Origin: an uncultured Spirochaetota bacterium
GTDB taxonomy: Bacteria; Spirochaetota; Spirochaetia; SZUA-6; Fen-1364
Direction of reading: 5' to 3'
Length of the DNA stretch: 64,000 nt
Assembly (NCBI GenBank): GCA_963820525.1
Contig: CAWGAA010000001.1
Span: 2,624,001-2,688,000, forward strand
In this document: positions 13,614-21,564 of the stretch, in pieces
Position numbering within the stretch: the first letter of the stretch is position 1
Layout: the number at the start of each line of letters is the position of its first letter
The notes under the pieces: generated by a model
Databases searched by the model: none
Told to the model about the DNA's origin: nothing
The model's input: the letters and a program-made list of their open reading frames with translations, nothing else
Translations under genes and position numbers: made by a program

Positions 13614-15046
13614 GAGGCTCCTCCCTGGGTTGTGCTCTTCTGGATGAGGCGCTGCTTGAGGTCTTTCAGCCGGCGGGAAAGCGAAACCCTGTAGAGATGC
13701 GGGTTGATCAGGCGCTTGTACGTGTCGTCGAGGCGGCGCAAGTTCTCCCGCGCCCTCGCCTGGATCTGGGGGAGCGGCGAGGCGGGTTTGAGGATCTTCC
13801 CGTTCACCATGACGGGAGAGAGAAGAGGGCGGATGTCCCCATACTCGCTCAGGGTGAACGTGCGATAGTCTCCGGGGTGGTGAAAAATGTGCGGCCGGCC
13901 AGGGGCGAGTTTCTCGTCTTCAAGCGAGATGAGGTCGGCCAGGGGGTTGCCGTCCCGCGAAGAGAACCGCCAGACCTGCTTGATGCCGGGGTTGGTGACC
14001 TTTTCGGGATTGTTGGAAACCTTGATGGCGGGAACCCACTCCCCTGCCTGGTCCTTTGCAGCAATCTTGTACACCCCCGTGAGCGCTGGGTCTCCTCCGC
14101 CTGTCACCAGGTGGGTTCCCACTCCCCACGAATCGATGGGCGCCTTCCGGGTGACCAGCTGGGCGATGATGTGCTCGTCCAGCTCATTTGAAGCAACGAT
14201 CCGCGCCTCGGCAAGGCCCGCTGCGTCCAGCCGCTCGCGCACCCGCTTCGACAGGTACTCCAAGTCCCCGCTGTCCAGCCTCACTCCGAAGTCCTTGTGC
14301 CCGGCCGCCGCAAGCTTTTTTCCCACGATGATGGCGTTTTCGATTCCACTGCCCAGCGTGTCGTATGTGTCAATGAGCAGGATGCATCCGTCGGGGTAGG
14401 TTTCCCCGTATTTCTCGAAAGCCTCGCGCTCGTCGTTGAACGCCATGATCCAGGAGTGGGCCATGGTTCCGCGAACGGGAATCCCATAGCGCTTGCCGGC
14501 CAGAGTATTCGAAGTGGCGACAGCCCCTCCGATGAATGCCGCCCGAGCGGCGGAAAGGGACCCGTCGATTCCCTGGGCCCTGCGAAGGCCGAACTCGATC
14601 ACGGCGCCGCCGTTGGAGGAAAGACAGATCCTGGCCGCCTTGGTGGCGATCAGGGTCTGGAAGTTGAGCGTGTTCAACAGCGCGCTCTCAACCAGCTGGG
14701 TCTCGATCAGAGAGCCGTGGACCCGAACCAGGGGCTCACCGGGAAATACGATTTCCCCTTCCTCCATGGCGTACACGTCGCCCTGAAAGCGGAAGGTGCC
14801 GAGGAAATCGAGGAACTCCTTTTTGAACGTCCCCAGGCTTTCCAGGTAGGAAAGCTCTTCGGCGGAGAACGCCAGGGACGAGATGTAGGAGAGGGTGTCC
14901 TCCAGGCCCGCGAAAATGGAGAACCCGCCCCCGAAAGGCTGCCGGCGGAAGAACATGTCGAACACCGCGCGGGGGTTCTCCCGCTGGAGGAAGTACCCCT
15001 GCATCATCGAAAGCTCGTAGAAATCGGTAAGGAGGCTGAGGTTCAT
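13610..15046 (-). CDS. pncB: Nicotinate phosphoribosyltransferase
   Basis: LLTDFYELSM, EFGLRRAQG, GTMAHSW, LIDTYDT and GVRLDSGDL motifs. Confidence 0.97.
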   Translation of the reverse strand: MNLSLLTDFYELSMMQGYFLQRENPRAVFDMFFRRQPFGGGFSIFAGLEDTLSYISSLAFSAEELSYLESLGTFKKEFLDFLGTFRFQGDVYAMEEGEIVFPGEPLVRVHGSLIETQLVESALLNTLNFQTLIATKAARICLSSNGGAVIEFGLRRAQGIDGSLSAARAAFIGGAVATSNTLAGKRYGIPVRGTMAHSWIMAFNDEREAFEKYGETYPDGCILLIDTYDTLGSGIENAIIVGKKLAAAGHKDFGVRLDSGDLEYLSKRVRERLDAAGLAEARIVASNELDEHIIAQLVTRKAPIDSWGVGTHLVTGGGDPALTGVYKIAAKDQAGEWVPAIKVSNNPEKVTNPGIKQVWRFSSRDGNPLADLISLEDEKLAPGRPHIFHHPGDYRTFTLSEYGDIRPLLSPVMVNGKILKPASPLPQIQARARENLRRLDDTYKRLINPHLYRVSLSRRLKDLKQRLIQKSTTQGGAS

Positions 15047-15102
15047 CCCGTGCTCGATAGTCCGGCGGACGGAGCGGCTTTCCCTTCTCTCATGGCTTGA
15101 AG

Positions 15103-15175
15103 TGGAGGATAGGGGATTCGAACCCCTGGCCTACAGATTGCGAACCTGCCGCTCTACCAGCTGAGCTAATCCCCC
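15103..15175 (-). tRNA. tRNA-Ala (anticodon CGC); CCA not encoded
   Basis: GGGGGATTAGCTCAGCTGGTAGAGCGGCAGGTTCGCAATCTGTAGGCCAGGGGTTCGAATCCCCTATCCTCCA folds as a cloverleaf with the G3.U70 alanine identity pair. Confidence 0.96.
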
Positions 15176-15314
15176 GTTGAATGCGGTTCCGCGCGGGAGC
15201 CGCCGAGACATCGATACTACTAAATCGCTGGATTTTGAGCAAGTCTCTGCCCGTCCAGCCGCCACTGCGGGCGGCGGAGTCGGGTGCCGGCGCCGTGACC
15301 GCCGAGCCGGCATC

Positions 15315-16700
15315 TCACCTCATCGCCCGCAGGAGGATAGTGGTAGGTTTCTGTAAAAGCTTCAGGGCCGCGGGGGCAATACCGCCCAGGCGGCGCTTGA
15401 TCTCGAACTCCACCTGTCCCTTGAGGATTGCGAAGCGCATCTTGGCCTGGGAAAAATCCGCGTCGAACACGAGGGTATGATCGAAAAGGAGTCCGAAGGA
15501 CTGCCGCCAATCCCTGATCGCCCTGTTCTTGACCCTCTCGAAGAGGCGGGTGCCCGGGATTGGGTAAGGCATGGTGAAGGAAAGGTAATCGAGGGGAAGG
15601 GAGCCGGCGAATTGAAGCGTCGCAAGAACTGTCTCGTCGGTTTCTCCGGGGTAGAAGAGGATGAAGAAGGCCCCCGTCTTCAGGCCTGCGGCATGCGCCG
15701 CTTCCACTGCCAAGCGTGCCTTCTCCGTGGTTATCCTCTTGTTCATCAGCCGCAGCACCTCTTCGCTTCCCGACTCGATCCCGAAGAAGATCCTCTCGCA
15801 CCCGGCCCGCTTCATGAGGGAGGCAAGCTCTCCGTCTATGCTGTCAACCCGGCCGAGGCACTCCCAGCCGAAATGCAGCCTCCTCCTCACGATTTCCCGG
15901 CAGATCCGGTGTACCCTTTCCCGGTTCAGCGTGAAAACGTCGTCGGCAAAGTGGATCCGATCGTATCCGAAGGAGAGCGCCTGCTCAACCTCGTCAACGA
16001 CGCTTTCTGCGGAGCGTTCCCTGTACGATGTGCCGAACACGACATTGCTGCAAAACTCGCATTGGAAAGGGCAGCCGCGGGTGCTCATCAGCGACGTAAT
16101 GGCATACCCGTGCTTCATCCTTCCGTGGCGGATGTAATCCTGGTTTGGCAGGAGGTCGCGCGCCGGGAAAGGGATGCGGTTGAGGTCGGGTTCCAAGGGA
16201 CGCTCTGGGGAGCGGACGATGCCCCTTACCGGAGTGCCGCGGGAGGCGATGGAGATGTCTCCCGTTTCCCTCGTGACGATTCCCGCCTCTGAGAGCGGGC
16301 TTGTGCCCTTGAGGTAAGCCTCCACCAACTCCACCATGGCGGCTTCGCCTTCTCCACGGACAACGACATCGAAGTACTGGAGGAAGGCCGCGGGATCAGA
16401 GGAGGGAAGCGGCCCCCCCGCAACCAGAAGCCCGGCACTGTTTCGCAGCCGTTTTGCGAAGACGAGGGAGTCTTCCCGCATCGTTATCATGCTGTAGACG
16501 CCCACCACGTCGGCATGGGTACTCAGGGCGCCTGCCATTGCCTCTTCACGGGAAAGGAAGGTGCAATCCAGGATACTCACCTGGTGGCCCTTAGCCCTGA
16601 GGCCGGATGCGACATATGCCAGGCCAAGCGGAGGAAAGCGGAAGACGGACTTGTCATGGCGCGGCATGAAGAAGGGGTAGATCAGGAGGACATCTGTCAT
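15315..16700 (-). CDS. Cobalamin-binding radical SAM enzyme
   Basis: N-terminal B12-binding domain (PPLGLAYVA, VAGGPLPS, VVRGEGE); RGCPFQCEFC; FADDVF and FFGIESGS. Start at ATG 16700 overlaps the upstream stop. Confidence 0.93.
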   Translation of the reverse strand: MTDVLLIYPFFMPRHDKSVFRFPPLGLAYVASGLRAKGHQVSILDCTFLSREEAMAGALSTHADVVGVYSMITMREDSLVFAKRLRNSAGLLVAGGPLPSSDPAAFLQYFDVVVRGEGEAAMVELVEAYLKGTSPLSEAGIVTRETGDISIASRGTPVRGIVRSPERPLEPDLNRIPFPARDLLPNQDYIRHGRMKHGYAITSLMSTRGCPFQCEFCSNVVFGTSYRERSAESVVDEVEQALSFGYDRIHFADDVFTLNRERVHRICREIVRRRLHFGWECLGRVDSIDGELASLMKRAGCERIFFGIESGSEEVLRLMNKRITTEKARLAVEAAHAAGLKTGAFFILFYPGETDETVLATLQFAGSLPLDYLSFTMPYPIPGTRLFERVKNRAIRDWRQSFGLLFDHTLVFDADFSQAKMRFAILKGQVEFEIKRRLGGIAPAALKLLQKPTTILLRAMR

Positions 16701-17545
16701 GGCCAGTCTCCTATGCTGATGCGGTAGGTGAAACTCTTCGCGCCTGGAGGGAGGACGAATGCGAAGCCGGCCCACGCCAGGCGGCCTTCCTCTCGCTCCC
16801 TTCCCCTGAATAGCGTTGCACCCGAGACGCTCTGAACGCCGAAGCCGATGCCGCGCGACGGGTCGATGAATGAGGCTTGGGAGGCGAGCACGCGGTCCCA
16901 TGTCCCGATTGCCTTCCCTTCCAGGCGACGGCCGTTTGAGTCGCGATATCTGCAGAAATGGTCCGCCCCCTGCTCGTTCATGACGATGATTTCGCTGAGG
17001 CCTCCAACCTCAAGCCCCGACGTATCAACAGCCACGGATATCTCGCCCTGTGATTCCCGGCAGAAGTCGACTCGAACTTTCCCGGCCGGCTGCGATGGCA
17101 CAAAGACGGTCTGGATACCAAGCACCGCGCGGCCGACATTGGAAAGGGCGGTCACCATCTCCCGGGCCAGGGGAACCCGTCTGTGCACGGCGGCAGCGAT
17201 CTCCTTCAGTCCATTGAAGAAACCCGTCATCGGAGACCTGCTTCCTGAATGCTTGAGGCGCTCGACAAGGTCCATCTCGTATTCCACGCTGATTCGCGAC
17301 CGGGCCTCATCGCGGGAAAGAATGCGCATGCTCCCGGCGAAGATGGGATCGAGCTTCTTCTTCAGAACAGGCACCCCGAATCCGACCCCTTCCTGGCAGA
17401 GGTCTTCCCCGGCGCAGGCGAGAATCAATCCCTTCTGCAGCCGGCTGCTGGGGAAACCCTTCTCGTTTCCCTGTGCCGGCGCCAGCCGGAGAGAGAGCTT
17501 GCTTCCCAGCTCGATTCGGCAACAAGTTTCAGCGTCGACAATCAT
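16697..17545 (-). CDS. Hypothetical protein, beta-rich, in the glycosyltransferase/radical SAM operon
   Basis: ATG 17545 overlaps the upstream stop and its own stop overlaps the radical SAM start. EGVGFGVPV, MNEQGA and GRE...LAWAG look like conserved motifs; family not recognised. Confidence 0.7.
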   Translation of the reverse strand: MIVDAETCCRIELGSKLSLRLAPAQGNEKGFPSSRLQKGLILACAGEDLCQEGVGFGVPVLKKKLDPIFAGSMRILSRDEARSRISVEYEMDLVERLKHSGSRSPMTGFFNGLKEIAAAVHRRVPLAREMVTALSNVGRAVLGIQTVFVPSQPAGKVRVDFCRESQGEISVAVDTSGLEVGGLSEIIVMNEQGADHFCRYRDSNGRRLEGKAIGTWDRVLASQASFIDPSRGIGFGVQSVSGATLFRGREREEGRLAWAGFAFVLPPGAKSFTYRISIGDWP

Positions 17546-19638
17546 GGGGCACACTCTTTTCTCAGGGAGAGGAGGAGGCGCGCATAGCGAAGCGATTCCT
17601 GAGCCTGCATCTTGCTTTTTCCCCTGTTTCTCGAGCGAAAGGTGTAGGGAACCTCGCACAGCCGCGAGCGGGGGCAGCGGATAATGATCTGGGGCAAAAC
17701 CTTGAATCCCAGGGGCTCCAGGGCCAATTCCTTGAGAACGCAGGCGCGCGCCATGAAAAACCCGGACACGGGATCTCTCACACCGCGCGTCGGCGGAAGG
17801 AGGAAGTGCGTGAGCGCAATCGCGCTCCATGAAGCGAGCCTTCGCAGAAGCCCGCGGTCCGCCCTGCGGCCGCCGGCCGCGTAGCGCGACATGACCGCCA
17901 CATCGGCGCCTTCATCCAACCGGTGCAAAAGATCGGGAAGGGATTCGGGCGGGTGCTGGAGGTCCGCGTCCATGACGGCCACGAACTCGCCCCGGGCCGC
18001 CTCCATTCCGTCCCTGATCGCGCTTGCGAGCCCTTTTCTCCGGCCCCGGCGAAGGATCCGGATGTTTGGGTACAGCGTTGCGGCCTGCTCTGCAAGGCGG
18101 CCGGTCCCATCGGGGCTGTCGTCGTCGACGATGATGAGCTCGAATGTACAGCCGGGAAGCCCACCCAGGGCGAGCTCGATCCTTGAAATCACCTCCTCCA
18201 GGTTCTTGGACTCGTTGTACGTCGGAAGAATGAGGCTCAGGCGCGGATCTCTGTGCGGTCCCGCCGGCTGGGAATGAGACGCGTCCTCTTCGGCCGCTCC
18301 TTTTTCCTTGGCCGTGGCCCGTTCACCCCGCAGCACTATGCGCCAACCCACCAGGATCCAGGGGAGAACCACGGCGCATCTGGCGATGATCCGCGCTGTC
18401 CGTGTCCTCGAATCGAGGATCCTCACGAGGTCCATGGGTTTCTCCCAGATCAGGGGAAAAAGCTGTGCAAGGGATGTGTTGAGAAGCGCAAAGGCGAGGG
18501 GCAGGGCCCAGAGGGCGAGGAGGTGCCTCTTGCTCAGCCTTCCGGAGGCCGTGAGAATGACCGCCATCGGCAGAAGGAGGTTGACGTTCGGCTCCGACAA
18601 CCAGCTGCGGGTGATGAAGAAAAGGAGGATCAGCCGGAGCCCCTTGTCGAGCAGCTCTTCGAATCCCGCGCTCATCGGTTTCAGGAACAAAGCGCCTACC
18701 ATGACGGCGGGCAGCCAGAGAAGGCCGAGGAAAGCGAGAGAGGCGGGGAGGGTGTAGCTGTTGCCGATAAGCTCGAAAAACGAAAGCCAGGAAAGCCCGC
18801 CGGCGGCGATGAAATGGGTGTTCCAATTCCTGAGGATTATCCACGGGTCCCAGCGGAAGATGAAGAAAGGTGCCGCAGAGAAGAGCAGCAGCCCCAGGGC
18901 AAGAGCGGCCGTATATGATGCGGCTCGAGCGAAAGGCGTACGGCCCGTCGGGAACGCGGCCCAGGCGCGCCCCGGGGCAACGGCAGCGGGGACAAAGCGC
19001 GCCGCCATCACGGCAAGGGGGATCAGAGGGAGCGCGATGGGCTTGAGCGATACGGCGAGCGAGAGGCTGATCGCGGAAAGCCCGGGCATCCCGCGGGAGA
19101 GGAGGAGGAGGGAGAGAAGCGCCAGGAGGGCGACGACTGTGTCGAATTGGCCCCATGCCGCGGTGGTGATCAGGATCAGGGGATTGAAGAGCATGAAGAG
19201 CATGGCTGACTTTGAATCTGCTTCGGTCGCACCGGCGCGCCGTGAGAGAACCCTGACCAGCCATGCGAGGGCGATGGAGGCGGCGACGGCGGGGAGCTTG
19301 ATGGCAAGGTTGTAGAGAAAAAGATTGGCAGTGCGCGCAAAGGTGAGCCGGTAGAGGATGCCGAGTACGATTGCCCAGGGCGGGGGATACCCGATGCTGG
19401 TCAATCCGTGGAACAAGGGGCTGGCGAAGACTCCCGTCAAATCCCGGGGGAGATACGGGTTGGCGCCCGATCCGGCGAGGTAGCCCGTCGCCATGAAGAT
19501 AGGAGCGTCGTAGGCATGAGCGAGAAACAGCGCAAGCGGGATCTGTATCGCGATGCTCGCCAGGAGAGGCCACCCTTGCCGAGCGGAGAGGGGATGTCTT
19601 TCAATGGTCTCGCCGGCCGTCAAAGCTTCGATATGCAT
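17542..19638 (-). CDS. Fusion of a multi-TM GT-C type glycosyltransferase (GT87/PIG-M-like) and a GT2 polyprenol-phosphate mannose synthase-like domain
   Basis: N-part: HAYD, NPY, GYPPPW, FNPL..TTAAWGQFD, SLK and many TM helices. C-part: LSLILPTYNE, IIVDDDSPDGT, VMDADLQHPP, DPVSGFF and GKSK. Confidence 0.85.
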   Translation of the reverse strand: MHIEALTAGETIERHPLSARQGWPLLASIAIQIPLALFLAHAYDAPIFMATGYLAGSGANPYLPRDLTGVFASPLFHGLTSIGYPPPWAIVLGILYRLTFARTANLFLYNLAIKLPAVAASIALAWLVRVLSRRAGATEADSKSAMLFMLFNPLILITTAAWGQFDTVVALLALLSLLLLSRGMPGLSAISLSLAVSLKPIALPLIPLAVMAARFVPAAVAPGRAWAAFPTGRTPFARAASYTAALALGLLLFSAAPFFIFRWDPWIILRNWNTHFIAAGGLSWLSFFELIGNSYTLPASLAFLGLLWLPAVMVGALFLKPMSAGFEELLDKGLRLILLFFITRSWLSEPNVNLLLPMAVILTASGRLSKRHLLALWALPLAFALLNTSLAQLFPLIWEKPMDLVRILDSRTRTARIIARCAVVLPWILVGWRIVLRGERATAKEKGAAEEDASHSQPAGPHRDPRLSLILPTYNESKNLEEVISRIELALGGLPGCTFELIIVDDDSPDGTGRLAEQAATLYPNIRILRRGRRKGLASAIRDGMEAARGEFVAVMDADLQHPPESLPDLLHRLDEGADVAVMSRYAAGGRRADRGLLRRLASWSAIALTHFLLPPTRGVRDPVSGFFMARACVLKELALEPLGFKVLPQIIIRCPRSRLCEVPYTFRSRNRGKSKMQAQESLRYARLLLSLRKECAP

Positions 19639-20402
19639 GGGTCGAGGGCCTCTTTTTTCCCGCTTTGAAGGAACGTGAGAAGCGCCACGAAGCCGTACCC
19701 GAAGGTGTAGGGCGCTATGAGGAGCAGTGGCCAATAGATCGAGCGGCCGGCGCCGATTGCAGTCGCCGCGATTCCAAGACCCGCCATTGCGGCTTCCAGA
19801 ATTCCGCCCGCATCCAGGGGAACCTGATAGCGCCTGGCCCTCCAGTCCGCGCCCGGGCCGCGGATGTTGTACTTGGGAGTTCGCTTGAACTTGAAGACCC
19901 GATTGGTGAAGAGCGCCTTTGCCGCTTCGATCGTGTTGCTCAGGCTGACCCCGAAACCGATCACGGCGAGGAGGAGGATGGCGGGAATCTCCCGTCTGAT
20001 CTTCCGGCCTCGGGCATGAACGGCCACGAGCGGATAGATCCAAAAGGAGACCGTGCATACGGCGACGGCAAGCCACAACAGCGGAAGCAGAGGGACGGAG
20101 AGCGCTGCTTCGCCGAGCCCGCGCCCCGCGGGGATGGTCGGGAAGAAGGAAACCAGCCCATCGATCCGCAGGAGCACCGAGAGAGTCGAGAGGATGAAGG
20201 AGGTGAGCATCAGGGGATGGATCATGTAGTAGGTGAGGTGGATGAATGCCTGGATCCTCTTCCTCACGCCGAGGGTCGAGTCCGCCAAAAGGCGGGGGAG
20301 TATCTTCTTCGCCGTGCGAAGCGATCCGCACGCCCAGCGCGCCTGCTGCTTCTTGTAGCTGGGCACCGTGAGAGGCACCTCCCCCGGACAGCGGAGGGTC
20401 AC
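19620..20402 (-). CDS. C-terminal half of a cellulose-synthase-like GT2 (QxxRW motif and TM helices)
   Basis: CPGEVP...KKQQARWACG, TM segments and FKRTPK; continues the 20399-21178 protein in another frame. Confidence 0.8.
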   Translation of the reverse strand: MTLRCPGEVPLTVPSYKKQQARWACGSLRTAKKILPRLLADSTLGVRKRIQAFIHLTYYMIHPLMLTSFILSTLSVLLRIDGLVSFFPTIPAGRGLGEAALSVPLLPLLWLAVAVCTVSFWIYPLVAVHARGRKIRREIPAILLLAVIGFGVSLSNTIEAAKALFTNRVFKFKRTPKYNIRGPGADWRARRYQVPLDAGGILEAAMAGLGIAATAIGAGRSIYWPLLLIAPYTFGYGFVALLTFLQSGKKEALDPCISKL

Positions 20403-21178
20403 TTCAGGTAGATGACTCGGTAGCCCTCGAGCTGCATCCGGTAGCTGGCGTCCAGGTCTTCAGCCAGGGTGTCGGACTGCCATCCACCAGCTTTTTCGAG
20501 CGCCTCCCTGCGGATGAGGCCGCCGCTGCCGTTGAAGTTCAAAAAGCAGCCCGCGGCGTAGCGGGCGGGCTGCTCGATGAAGAAGTGCATGTCGATGCCG
20601 ATAGAGATGGCCCGGGTGAGGTAATTGAAGTCCCCGTTGATATGGTCCCACCTCGACTGAACGACCCCGAGACGGCCGTCCTTCTGGAAGAAGGGGACCG
20701 TCCGCTTGAGAAAGTCCGCGGGGGGGATGAAGTCGGCGTCGAAAACAGCGAACAGCTCCTCGTCCGATCTCTCCAGGGCAAGCTGGAGCGCTCCCGCCTT
20801 GAAGCCGGCGCGCGATTGCCGATGGATCACCTCGACGGCGATGCCCCGCGCCCTCTGCTCGTCAGCCGCCGCGCACAGCTCCGCCGTGGTGTCGTCATCC
20901 GAGTCGTCTATGGCCAGAATCCTCACCTTCTCCCGGCCGTATTCCTCGGCAATCTTTGCGCATGCTTCCACCAGACGCCGCACGACATACTTCTCATTGT
21001 AAATGGGCAGGTGTATGGCCACCCGTGGGGCGTATCCGCCCGCCGTTCCATCCCCGGAGCCCTGCGGGCTCCTGTAGCGGCGCAGCGCGGACAGCAGATA
21101 ATAGGAGTTGTATCCGTAGAGAAAGAAAAGGAGGGTGACCATGAGCGAGAGCAGGACGAAAAGCAACTTTATCGACAT
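20399..21178 (-). CDS. N-terminal half of a cellulose-synthase-like GT2 (split or frameshifted gene)
   Basis: LPIYNE, IDDSDD, GFKAGAL, VFDADF, FNGSGG and TLAEDLD motifs; stops at RVIYLK* before the QxxRW motif. Confidence 0.85.
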   Translation of the reverse strand: MSIKLLFVLLSLMVTLLFFLYGYNSYYLLSALRRYRSPQGSGDGTAGGYAPRVAIHLPIYNEKYVVRRLVEACAKIAEEYGREKVRILAIDDSDDDTTAELCAAADEQRARGIAVEVIHRQSRAGFKAGALQLALERSDEELFAVFDADFIPPADFLKRTVPFFQKDGRLGVVQSRWDHINGDFNYLTRAISIGIDMHFFIEQPARYAAGCFLNFNGSGGLIRREALEKAGGWQSDTLAEDLDASYRMQLEGYRVIYLK

Positions 21179-21564
21179 GCTGACGTTTCCTCACTCCCAC
21201 GTTTAGCAATACGAAAGCCGGGGACAGAGTACACCAGGAAATTACTAAGAGAGAGAAGGGGGCGGCAAGGGATGCTGAGATTTTGATGGTCTTTCAACGT
21301 GGATTGAGCGATCCGGCACCGAGAGAACCCTCCTCTTCCCGTTGATGTTTTTCTTTTCGAGGATTAAAATCGAAAGGCTTCCAGGAGAATGAAATGAAAA
21401 AAAACGTGCATTTATTATTTTTCGTCCTTCTAGTTTCCCTCACAGCCTGCGCTCCCCCCGGATCTCCTCCGGCACCTCCCCCGACCATCGTCGCCCTCGG
21501 AGACAGCATCACCATGGGTATTCAGGATGCGGGCCTCATGCGAGATTTCCAGTTGAACGACTAC

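Noticed and set aside
16701..16901. N-terminal extension of the radical SAM ORF
   Set aside because: It overlaps the upstream gene; the B12-binding domain starts at ATG 16700.
19639..20331. N-terminal extension of the 929-aa ORF
   Set aside because: Alternative frame of the GT2 C-terminal half; the real start is most likely ATG 19638.
15103..21178. Glyco-cluster as an island integrated in tRNA-Ala
   Set aside because: The cluster lies on the 5' side of the tRNA, and no integrase or duplicated tRNA end was seen.
21180..21393. Possible riboswitch in the divergent intergenic region
   Set aside because: No convincing match to aptamer consensus sequences I can recognise; an Rfam scan is needed.
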